Shown here piece after piece: positions 7,560 to 15,590 of a stretch of DNA of 32,000 bases. The notes beneath the pieces are model-generated. The model was not told the DNA's origin. It worked only from the letters and a program-made list of their open reading frames with translations, and did not search any database. The position numbers were made by a program, and so were the translations under genes. How positions within the stretch are numbered: the first letter of the stretch is position 1; every line of letters starts with the position of its first letter. Source of the stretch: Bifidobacterium longum subsp. longum JCM 1217 (GTDB lineage: Bacteria; Actinomycetota; Actinomycetes; Actinomycetales; Bifidobacteriaceae); NCBI RefSeq assembly GCF_000196555.1, contig NC_015067.1:1590001-1622000 (forward strand), read 5' to 3'.

Positions 7560-8783
7560 TCAGTGACCGGGGTGCTGGATTGGGACCACGACCGGGCCGG
7601 TGGAATTGACGGGGACTTGACCGTCGGCCTCCATTTGGGCGGCGATATCGTTCGCTATGGTGAGCAGCGTGTCGACGATCTGGTCTTCGGGCACGGTCTT
7701 GATGACCTTGCCCTTGATGAAGATCTGGCCCTTGCCATTGCCGGAGGCCACGCCGAGGTCGGCTTCGCGTGCCTCGCCCGGACCGTTGACGATGCAACCC
7801 ATGACGGCCACTCGGATCGGCGCGGTCACGTCCTTCAGGCCTTCGGTGACGGCGGAGGCGAGCTGGATCACATCCACTTGGGCGCGGCCGCAGCTCGGGC
7901 AGGAGATGATGTCGAACTTGCGGGGGCGCAATCCCATGTATTCCAAGAGTTTGCAACCCACCTTGACCTCTTCGGCCGGCGGCGCGGAGAGAGACACGCG
8001 AATCGTGTCGCCAATGCCCTCGGCCAAGAGCGCACCGAACGCCAGGCAGGATTTGATGGTGCCTTGCCAAGCAGGGCCGGCCTCGGTGACGCCGAGGTGC
8101 AGCGGCCAATCGCCCTTGGAAGCGAGCAGTCGGTACGTTTCGACCATGGTGATGACGTCATGGTGTTTGACGGAGATCTTGAAATCGTGGAAGCCGACGT
8201 CCTCGAACATGTGCGCTTCCTTCAAGGCAGAGGCCACCAATGCTTCCGGAGTCGGGCCACCGTATTTGGCGTAGAGTTCCTTGTCCAGCGAGCCGGCGTT
8301 CACACCGATACGCAGCGAGATGCCCGCGTCGGTGGCGGCCTTGCAGATGTCCGGGCCGACTTCGTCGAACTTACGGATGTTGCCGGGGTTCACGCGCACG
8401 GCCGCGCAGCCGGCGTCGATGGCCTGGAACACGTATTTGGACTGGAAGTGGATATCGGCGATGACCGGAATCGGCGATTTGCGGCAGATTTCCGGCAGTG
8501 CGTCGGCATCGTCCTGACTCGGCACGGCCACGCGCACGATGTCGCAGCCGGCGGCGGTCAGTTCGGCGATCTGCTGCAACGTGGCAGGTACGTTGGCCGT
8601 GAGCGTGTTGGTCATCGACTGCACGGAGATGGGCGCGCCCCCGCCCACCGGCACCGGGCCCACCATGATGCGGCGGGACTTGCGGCGCGGGTGCAAGGGC
8701 GATTCGCTGGTCAGGTCGACCGGATCACCGGTTTTGCGGAACGGCTTTTCGATGGGATTTTCCGTATTCAAGGTATTCATCAT
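7560..8783 (-). CDS. ispG: 4-hydroxy-3-methylbut-2-en-1-yl diphosphate synthase (MEP pathway)
   Basis: [51 protein letters not shown] and a C-terminal Cys cluster (SCPSCGR ... GCIVNGPGE) are typical of IspG/GcpE. Confidence 0.95.
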   Translation of the reverse strand: MMNTLNTENPIEKPFRKTGDPVDLTSESPLHPRRKSRRIMVGPVPVGGGAPISVQSMTNTLTANVPATLQQIAELTAAGCDIVRVAVPSQDDADALPEICRKSPIPVIADIHFQSKYVFQAIDAGCAAVRVNPGNIRKFDEVGPDICKAATDAGISLRIGVNAGSLDKELYAKYGGPTPEALVASALKEAHMFEDVGFHDFKISVKHHDVITMVETYRLLASKGDWPLHLGVTEAGPAWQGTIKSCLAFGALLAEGIGDTIRVSLSAPPAEEVKVGCKLLEYMGLRPRKFDIISCPSCGRAQVDVIQLASAVTEGLKDVTAPIRVAVMGCIVNGPGEAREADLGVASGNGKGQIFIKGKVIKTVPEDQIVDTLLTIANDIAAQMEADGQVPVNSTGPVVVPIQHPGH

Positions 8784-9970
8784 TGCTTGTTTATCAGGTC
8801 GTCGGCGCGTCGGCGGGCTTCAAGCTCAAGCTGGTTCATTTCCTCCACGTCCGTGAACAGCGGGTTACCACGAAGCTCGGCGTCCATCTGGTCCAGCACG
8901 GCTTTGACCGTGTCCACGATGCCGAGGTATGGCAGACGATGCTCGAGGAAGGCATGCACGGCCTGTTCATTGGCTGCATTGAGCACCGCCGTATGCTTCT
9001 CGGAGGCGGCCAGGCAGTGGCGGGCCAGTTGCACGGCAGGGAACGCCTCATCGTCCAACGGTTCAAAGGTCCAAGTTGCGGCTTGCGTCCAGTCGCACGC
9101 GGCGGCCACATTGGTCATGCGGTCCGGCGCGGACAGGCCCAGCGCGATGGGCAGACGCATGTCTGGGGGCGAAGCTTGGCAAATCGTGGCGCCATCCACA
9201 AATTCGACCATGGAATGGACGATGGACTGCGGGTGCACGGTCACGTCGATGCGTTCAGGCGGCACGTTGAACAAGCGGGACGCCTCGATGACTTCGAGGC
9301 CCTTGTTCATCAGTGTGGAGGAGTTGATGGTGACAACCGGCCCCATGTTCCACGTCGGATGATGCAGCGCCTGCTCGGGAGTGATGTTCTCCATGTCGGC
9401 ACGTTTCCAGCCGCGGAACGGTCCGCCGGAGGCGGTGACCACAAGCTTGGCGACTTCGGCGTGGGTTCCGGAGCGCAGGGATTGCCAGATGGCGGAATGC
9501 TCGGAATCGACCGGGTTGATTTGGTTCTCGCGCACTTGCGCGCTGAACAGCAGATGCCCGCCCGCGACTACGGACTCCTTGTTGGCCAATGCCAGCTGGG
9601 AACCGGCCTTGAGCGCCGCGATCGACGGTTCGAGTCCGATGGAGCCGGTGATGCCGTTCAATACGACATTCGCACCGGAGCCGGCCATGGCGATGACCGA
9701 ATCCGGACCGCCGGTCACGCGGACACCTTGTGCGCCGGCCTGTGCGAGAGCTGCTTGCAGCGCTGGAACCTTGGTCTCATCAAACACCGCGACTTCGGAC
9801 ACATGGAACTGTGCGGCCTGTTGCGCCAGCAGCTCGATATGTGCTCCGCCCGCCGCCAGACCGGTGACGGTAAATCGTTCAGGATGACGCGAGATGACGT
9901 CAAGTCCTTGGGTGCCGATGGATCCGGTGGATCCGAGAATGATGACAGTGGAGTTGGAGGCTATGCTCAC
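8780..9970 (-). CDS. dxr: 1-deoxy-D-xylulose 5-phosphate reductoisomerase
   Basis: [15 protein letters not shown] (NADPH site), [25 protein letters not shown] start at 9970. Its stop overlaps the ispG ATG (ATGA at 8783-8780). Confidence 0.95.
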   Translation of the reverse strand: MSIASNSTVIILGSTGSIGTQGLDVISRHPERFTVTGLAAGGAHIELLAQQAAQFHVSEVAVFDETKVPALQAALAQAGAQGVRVTGGPDSVIAMAGSGANVVLNGITGSIGLEPSIAALKAGSQLALANKESVVAGGHLLFSAQVRENQINPVDSEHSAIWQSLRSGTHAEVAKLVVTASGGPFRGWKRADMENITPEQALHHPTWNMGPVVTINSSTLMNKGLEVIEASRLFNVPPERIDVTVHPQSIVHSMVEFVDGATICQASPPDMRLPIALGLSAPDRMTNVAAACDWTQAATWTFEPLDDEAFPAVQLARHCLAASEKHTAVLNAANEQAVHAFLEHRLPYLGIVDTVKAVLDQMDAELRGNPLFTDVEEMNQLELEARRRADDLINKQ

Positions 9971-11670
9971 TGTTCCTTCTTCGTATCGTCATTGTTCAGT
10001 GTGGGGAACGACAGGTCGGGGATATCCGAATCGAAGTTACCGCCAAGCGGGAACAGCAGCGGGAACGAATCGCTGGAATCGTGCTTATCCTGTGACGGCT
10101 GAGCTGCTTCCGTGTCATGGGAGGCGGCAACGTATTCAGATGATTCCGCAGCCGGACGGGAGATCGTGCTGTCTGCAGGCTGACTATCGGATACGCGAAC
10201 CGGAATGGAGTTCGTGTTACGATCCGGCTTGCTGGTGGGAGCAAAGGAGACCGGCATAGCAGCGGACGCAGCCTCGTCAGCAGTGCTATTCACAGGCTGT
10301 ACTGCCGGGGCGGAGGGTGCCGGGGATGAAACCGAACCCGGTACCTCATTCAATTTCAGCGCATTCGGTGCATCAAGGCTGGGCATCTTAGGAGCGAAGG
10401 ACGGTGCATCCACTGCCGGAAGTTCCTGAGAAACCGCAGCCATGTGGGCGAGAGCGGCCAAAGAGGAATCGTTCTGCACCATATCCACGGGCTGTTCCGC
10501 GAACACCGACGGGGTCGATGACGGAGCTGCGGGTTCGTGAGCTGCCTGTGCCGGAGCAAACGAGGGGACGCTGCCAGCGGTCACACCGGAAACCGGCGCG
10601 GACGGGGCACTGACGGGAGGCTCAGCCGCAGCAACTGCGGTAGGAGCCACGGAAGGCGTCTCGGAGACGGGCTTCGCCGCAGACTCGTTGGACGCATGCA
10701 CCGGGTATGCTGCGGGAGCAAAGGAAACCGGCTGTTCCGCATTGGTGCTATTGGTGCTTGTGGAAGCATCGAACGATGCAGGAGCCGACGCATAGGTGAT
10801 CGGTGCCGCCGCGGCCGGCGCTGCGGGAGCAACCGGAGCCGGAGCAGTGAACAAGCTCTGCTCGGCCTGATGCAGGGCATCGAATGATTCGTCATGAGCA
10901 ACGGCAGCCGGAGCAAAACGTTCGTCAGTTGCCGGGCGCTGCGTTCCGGAAGCGAACAACGGTGAGACGCCGTTCGCTTGAACGGTCACGTTCGTGGCGG
11001 TCTGGGCAGGAGCCGCAGGCTCGCCGGACACGAAATCGGCCACACGGGCATAGGATTCCAAGCGACTCAGCAACTGTACGCAGGCGTTCAGGAAGTAATC
11101 GACCTGTCGCTCGTCATAGCCTTTCTTGCCCTTGCGCTGGGTGAAGATCACATTGTTGACCGTATTCGCATTGAGATCGGCCAAAGACCGTACATCGTCT
11201 TCGGTAACGCCGTCAACGCCCAATGCGGCCGCCGCCTTGTCCACAATCTGGTCGACCAGACGATCCACCTGCTTCTTATCGTACGAAGGCTGCTTGGGCG
11301 CTCCGGACTTGAAGCGTTCGCGCTCGTTACGCTCCGCATGGTTCTGGACTTCGTGATACAGCTTCTCGGTCTTCGCCTTCCACGTCACACGCCCGTGCTG
11401 TGCGATCTCCCATGTGGTCTGCTTATCGACCACGGCACGTTCCAGACGTCCAAGCGCGGCGTCAACCTGTGCGATCACATAGCCGTTCTTGCGCAAATCA
11501 AAGGACACGTTCTGAATGTCATGCTGGGTGAGATTCATGCCCTCGCTGTCATACAAAGCATGGGCGCGCTCCAGGAAAGCGTCCACCTGAGCGGGGTCAT
11601 ACCCCCACTTGCGCTTGCCCGCACGTGCGATGCCCGACTTGCCGTCCCCTTCACGAAGTTCCTGCGCCAT
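9967..11670 (-). CDS. DivIVA-domain repeat protein with a long Ala/Pro/Ser-rich C-terminal tail
   Basis: Four copies of the DivIVA N-terminal signature (KWGYDPAQVDAFLERA, KNGYVIAQVDAALGRL, PSYDKKQVDRLVDQI, KKGYDERQVDYFLNAC), followed by ~330 aa of low complexity. AGGAGG RBS. Its stop overlaps the dxr GTG (GTGA). Confidence 0.8.
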   Translation of the reverse strand: MAQELREGDGKSGIARAGKRKWGYDPAQVDAFLERAHALYDSEGMNLTQHDIQNVSFDLRKNGYVIAQVDAALGRLERAVVDKQTTWEIAQHGRVTWKAKTEKLYHEVQNHAERNERERFKSGAPKQPSYDKKQVDRLVDQIVDKAAAALGVDGVTEDDVRSLADLNANTVNNVIFTQRKGKKGYDERQVDYFLNACVQLLSRLESYARVADFVSGEPAAPAQTATNVTVQANGVSPLFASGTQRPATDERFAPAAVAHDESFDALHQAEQSLFTAPAPVAPAAPAAAAPITYASAPASFDASTSTNSTNAEQPVSFAPAAYPVHASNESAAKPVSETPSVAPTAVAAAEPPVSAPSAPVSGVTAGSVPSFAPAQAAHEPAAPSSTPSVFAEQPVDMVQNDSSLAALAHMAAVSQELPAVDAPSFAPKMPSLDAPNALKLNEVPGSVSSPAPSAPAVQPVNSTADEAASAAMPVSFAPTSKPDRNTNSIPVRVSDSQPADSTISRPAAESSEYVAASHDTEAAQPSQDKHDSSDSFPLLFPLGGNFDSDIPDLSFPTLNNDDTKKEQ

Positions 11671-11901
11671 CGGCTATTCGACCTCCTGCTGGATATAAAC
11701 ACTCTGCCACAACTTTACGTGACTATTGAGACGCATCTGACCAAGAAGACCGAAATTCACGATTTTGTAGCAGTACTGCCGGTTTCCTTCTGCACGCATC
11801 TCATTGAGATTTCAGAACCCTTGCCGAAGACTGTCAGGGAATATCGTCACAGCCTATATCCGTGGAATGAGGGGATTCCATGAAGCGATGAAAAATGAAA
11901 G

Positions 11902-11975
11902 TGGGCAATGAGGGACTCGAACCCCCGACATCCACCGTGTAAAGGTGGCGCTCTAACCAACTGAGCTAATTGCCC
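11902..11975 (-). tRNA. tRNA-Val: tRNA-Val (anticodon TAC)
   Basis: The reverse complement reads GGGCAAT TAGCTCAGTTGGTTAGAGC G CCACC TTTACAC GGTGG ATGTC GGGGGTTCGAGTCCCTC ATTGCCC A. This gives a 7-bp acceptor stem, canonical D and T loops and the anticodon loop tt-TAC-ac. CCA is not encoded. Confidence 0.9.
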
Positions 11976-12138
11976 GCAAATGACAACAATAGCGTATGGC
12001 CAGCACTGCGCGACACGTGGTGTCGCATACGCGTGCCGTAGCGCTCAATCGCAATGACATTCAGTCACGCCCAGCAGCACTACGCAGCACACGACGCCGG
12101 TCAACACGCTTAAAGTCAAGCGTATTGATTGAGGCTTA

Positions 12139-12564
12139 TCAGCGGCCCTTGCCGAATGCGCGCAGGCGGATGCCGTTCCAGTCCGAGCTGACGGTCAGCG
12201 GGGTGGCGGCGTTCATACCGGCGGTCTGTGCAGCGGACTGCACGGTGGACGAGCTGGCGGCACCCGGGCGGCCGGGCTTGGGAGTCAGTATCCACAGCGG
12301 GCCGTCATTGCCCAGTACCGCGTAGGCGTCAACGATCGTATCGGACAATTCGTCCTCATCATCGCCGTCGCGCCACCATACGATGACGCCGTCCACAGCG
12401 GAGTCGTAGTCCTCGTCCACGAGATCCTCGCCCGTGAGCTCTTCAATCTGGGCACGAATGGAATCGTCCACGTCGTCGTCCCAGAGCCACTCCTGGACGA
12501 TATCGCCGGGCTCGAAACCAAATTCTTCAGCGTTCTGTGATGCCGTTTGATTCACAGGGGACAC
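12139..12564 (-). CDS. DUF3052-family conserved actinobacterial protein
   Basis: GFEPGDIVQEWLWDDDVDDSIRAQIEELTGEDLVDED...VIVWWRDGDDEDELSD...LWILTPKPGRPG...TAGMNAATPLTVSSDW matches my memory of the DUF3052 pattern. GTG start at 12564; exact start uncertain. Confidence 0.6.
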   Translation of the reverse strand: MSPVNQTASQNAEEFGFEPGDIVQEWLWDDDVDDSIRAQIEELTGEDLVDEDYDSAVDGVIVWWRDGDDEDELSDTIVDAYAVLGNDGPLWILTPKPGRPGAASSSTVQSAAQTAGMNAATPLTVSSDWNGIRLRAFGKGR

Positions 12565-12670
12565 ATTAGCAAGTCTTCGCGAACAAATGCGTTAACGCGG
12601 CCGAAAATCGCCGCATTGTGGGCAGACCCATGCGAGTCGTCTCACCAGAAACAACGACTGGCCGCGCGTG

Positions 12671-13639
12671 TCATGCCTCGCAATGAGGCAAATCGTCGGC
12701 CTGCCCCTTGCCGATGGCCACCAACGCCTGATACGCCTCGTTCAGCGTGGCGACCTTGACGTCGCGCAGACCATCCGGCACGCGGCCTGCCACATCCAAA
12801 CAATTCGACGCGGGGGCCAGGAACCATGTGGCGCCATCGCGCTTGGCGCCAAGCATCTTCAGCTCTATGCCGCCGATTCTGCCGACTTTGCCGTCCTTGT
12901 CTATGGTGCCGGTGCCGGCGATGGTCTTGCCGCCGCTCTCGTTGGCGGGGGTGAGTTTGTCGATGAGACCGAGCGTGTACATCATGCCTGCGGACGGCCC
13001 GCCGATGCTGTCCACGTGCATCGTCACCTTGGCGTGTTGCAATGCACTGGCGTCAATGTCCAGTTCGTCCGCATGGGCTTTGGCATACGCCAGACCGACG
13101 GCACTGGCCGAATCCTGGGAACCGGCCATGTCTTGTTCGACTTTCTTCTGATACTGGTCCGCACTCTGGCCCACCGGTACCGTGGCCTCACGCGGCATGA
13201 CCTCCACCTGCGGATTGCCCCAACCCCAGACGGCCTGCGCGTTGATGATCGGGTACCCGGGCACGCCGGACGCGTTCACCGTGGTCAGCAGCAGCTTGCC
13301 GGAATCCTTATACGTCGTCACGCCGGTACCAGTGATGTCGATAACCGCACCATCCTCAACTTTGCCCAGCACATCCTGGGTGGGTCCGGGCATCTCGATG
13401 ACGTACGGGCTGGGCAGCAGCAGAATCACCACACCAAGCAACACGGCGAATGCACCGACGAAATGGCGTTTCGAACGAGCGGCCGCATAGGCCCGAGCAC
13501 GGCTGATTCCACGAGATAGGCGCGAATCATGCTTCACTTCGAACGATGGCATGTGCTCATCTCCCGCTTCCGAATCCGCAGTCGGGCTCTCCTGCTCCTG
13601 GACGAGGTCTGGTTCCTGATTCCTGTGGCGTGCAAACAT
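12671..13639 (-). CDS. membrane-anchored PDZ / Lon-like (S16) serine protease (YlbL/SdrC type)
   Basis: N-terminal TM (FVGAFAVLLGVVILLL). The C-terminal Lon proteolytic-domain signature VDSIGGPSAGMMYTLGLIDKL is followed by IAGTGTIDKDGKVGRIGGIELK. Confidence 0.8.
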   Translation of the reverse strand: MFARHRNQEPDLVQEQESPTADSEAGDEHMPSFEVKHDSRLSRGISRARAYAAARSKRHFVGAFAVLLGVVILLLPSPYVIEMPGPTQDVLGKVEDGAVIDITGTGVTTYKDSGKLLLTTVNASGVPGYPIINAQAVWGWGNPQVEVMPREATVPVGQSADQYQKKVEQDMAGSQDSASAVGLAYAKAHADELDIDASALQHAKVTMHVDSIGGPSAGMMYTLGLIDKLTPANESGGKTIAGTGTIDKDGKVGRIGGIELKMLGAKRDGATWFLAPASNCLDVAGRVPDGLRDVKVATLNEAYQALVAIGKGQADDLPHCEA

Positions 13640-13772
13640 ACCCTACAGTGTAAGCGGAGGGCCGAAATCGGCCGAAAACGAACATAAACCGAAAATAATG
13701 CTCGGCCACAAGCGAACAGGCCCGGGCAGACCCTACACTTGGGGTAACACACCGCGGCAAAGAAGGATACGC

Positions 13773-15518
13773 ATGGACGACAACGCGATTCACGAGTGGC
13801 TGATCAAATGCTTCGGCCCCATTCAGGGTGAGATGGCCTGGCAGCAGATCAGCCAGTTGCCTGAGGAGATCCGTGAACAGCTGATGAGTCAGGACCCCAG
13901 CCGACTGCCCAATCCATCTGAAGTCCAGCAGATGATGGCCGCGTTCAGCGCCGGCGGACTCAACACGATGGGTGATATGCAGCGCACTGTCGAGGAAGGG
14001 CCGATCAACGTCAAGCTCGCCAAGTCGATTGCCTTGCAGCAGGCCAACGCCTCCGGTTCTGCATCCAGCGTGTCCGCCGTGGATGGCGAGGCGGCTCGCC
14101 GCGCGATGAGTGAGGCGAACCTGTGGCTGGATACCGCCTGCGAGTTCAATCCCGCACCCGGCGATCCGGATGTGCTGACCCGCGCCGGCTGGGTGGAGGG
14201 CACCATCGACCAGTGGGCGAAGTTCGCAGCTCCTGTGGCCGAGTCGATGAACGACGCTTTGGCTTCGGTGATTTCGGAGCGTCTTGGCGGCGCGTTCGGC
14301 GATGGCGAGATTGCCGGCATGTTCGCCGGACCGGTGCCGATTCCGATTCCCGACGGTATGAAAGACCCAGCCCAACTGATGAAGCTGCTGGGCAACACGT
14401 CCTTTGCCATGCAGTTGGGGCATGCGGCCGGCAATCTGAGCCATGAAGTGCATGGCAGCTTCGATCAGGGCATCGCGTTGCTGAAGAACCCGGCTGGTGG
14501 ACTGATTGCCCAGAACGCCACCGAATACGCGAAGATGCTGAACGGTGAGGCTTCTGCGGCCGAGGCCGACACGGCCGGCACTTCAACCGACTCGGTCAAT
14601 CCGTTCTCCACATCCACCGACGCTTCTGCCAATCCCATTGGCTTCACTTCGGCCGGCAACAGCGATACTCCGGCAACTGACGGTACCGCCCAAGTCTCCG
14701 GCTCTGATGCTTCCGCCGATGCCGCCGACGCCGCCGCGTTCGAGGCTGCGCTCTCCGGATTCGAGACCACCGAGAAAATCCCCGAATCTGAAGTGCTTTC
14801 CTTCCTGGCCCTGCAGGAAATGGCTCACGCCCGCCTGTATGCCTCGGTACCGTGGCTGATGCCGCGTTTCGAGGCGCTCATCGGCAAGTACGCACGCGGC
14901 ATCTCCATTGATCTGGATGCGATGGAGGAACAGCTGCGTGACGCCACGTCAATGGATCCGGAGTCGATTTCCGGCGCGGTGAATCTCACCAAGGTCGGCA
15001 TCCCCGACACTCCCGAACAGCGCGAGGCGCTGGCTTCGCTGGAATCGCTGCTGGCTATGGTCGAGGGCTGGGTGGATTGCGTGGTGTGGCGCGCCGGTAT
15101 GGCCCATCTGCCTCATATCGAACAGTTGCGTGAGATGATGCGCCGCGAGCGCGCGATGGGTGGCCCCGCCGAGCGTACGTTCGAAAGTCTGCTCGGTTTG
15201 CAGCTGCGTCCCAAGCGCATGCGCGAGGCCACCGGGCTATGGGAGATGATCACCGCCGCCGAAGGCCCTGAAGGCCGTGACGCCAAGTGGTCGCATCCCG
15301 ATCTGCTGCCTTCGCTGCCTGGCGACAAGCCCGCAGATGGCGCGTCTCCGTCATCCGACGCCCCTTCAGGTTCTTCTTCCGATGCCAACGGTTCCGCTTC
15401 TCACCCTGCCGCAGATGGCAAGACCGGCGATATCGATTGGGATGCCGAACTGTCCAAGCTGCTCGGCGAAGATGGCGAAGACGGTGAAAACGGCAACTCG
15501 GAGGATACGCAGGCATAG
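13773..15518 (+). CDS. DUF2342 / zincin-2 family putative metalloprotease (motif degenerate), with Ser/Thr/Ala/Asp-rich insertion and acidic tail
   Basis: The ORF opens at 13698, but the ATG at 13773 has AAGAAGGA 6 nt upstream. Family assignment is from overall pattern and position next to the PDZ-Lon protease and UvrD-like helicase. The expected HExxH position reads QEMAH (14814-14828). Confidence 0.65.
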   Translation: MDDNAIHEWLIKCFGPIQGEMAWQQISQLPEEIREQLMSQDPSRLPNPSEVQQMMAAFSAGGLNTMGDMQRTVEEGPINVKLAKSIALQQANASGSASSVSAVDGEAARRAMSEANLWLDTACEFNPAPGDPDVLTRAGWVEGTIDQWAKFAAPVAESMNDALASVISERLGGAFGDGEIAGMFAGPVPIPIPDGMKDPAQLMKLLGNTSFAMQLGHAAGNLSHEVHGSFDQGIALLKNPAGGLIAQNATEYAKMLNGEASAAEADTAGTSTDSVNPFSTSTDASANPIGFTSAGNSDTPATDGTAQVSGSDASADAADAAAFEAALSGFETTEKIPESEVLSFLALQEMAHARLYASVPWLMPRFEALIGKYARGISIDLDAMEEQLRDATSMDPESISGAVNLTKVGIPDTPEQREALASLESLLAMVEGWVDCVVWRAGMAHLPHIEQLREMMRRERAMGGPAERTFESLLGLQLRPKRMREATGLWEMITAAEGPEGRDAKWSHPDLLPSLPGDKPADGASPSSDAPSGSSSDANGSASHPAADGKTGDIDWDAELSKLLGEDGEDGENGNSEDTQA

Positions 15519-15542
15519 TCAACCGGCCTTCAGCCAATTCCC

Positions 15543-15565
15543 GCTCCTGAACGACGTTCAGGAGC
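15543..15565. terminator. hairpin between convergent genes (bidirectional terminator candidate)
   Basis: gctcctgaa / ttcaggagc, 9-bp stem with a 5-nt loop, located between the zincin stop (15518) and the helicase stop (15591). Confidence 0.55.
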
Positions 15566-15590
15566 ATTCAGTATGCATTACAGACGCCCG

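Noticed and set aside
7164-9362. 732-aa plus-strand ORF, the longest in the track.
   Set aside because: It lies entirely antisense to ispG and dxr, whose products carry unmistakable family motifs. Its translation is Arg/Gly/Ala/His-rich with no recognisable motif. This is a typical shadow ORF of high-G+C DNA.
8783-11883. Plus-strand ORFs 8783-10102 (439 aa) and 10978-11883 (301 aa).
   Set aside because: They are antisense to dxr and to the DivIVA-repeat gene, with no motifs and no RBS. Shadow ORFs.
13698-13772. Upstream start of the zincin ORF (MLGHKRTGPGRPYTWGNTPRQRRIR...).
   Set aside because: No RBS is present and the peptide is Arg-rich and out of character. The ATG at 13773 has AAGAAGGA at correct spacing.
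12668-14453. ORFs 12668-13519 (+, 283 aa) and 13557-14453 (-, 298 aa).
   Set aside because: They are antisense to the PDZ/Lon protease and zincin genes respectively. Their composition is typical of out-of-frame high-G+C translation.
15543-15565. GAAC-N3-GTTC inside the hairpin resembles a LexA/Cheo box near a UvrD-family helicase.
   Set aside because: The spacing is N3, not N4. It lies between two convergent stop codons, downstream of the helicase rather than in its promoter. It is better explained as a terminator stem.
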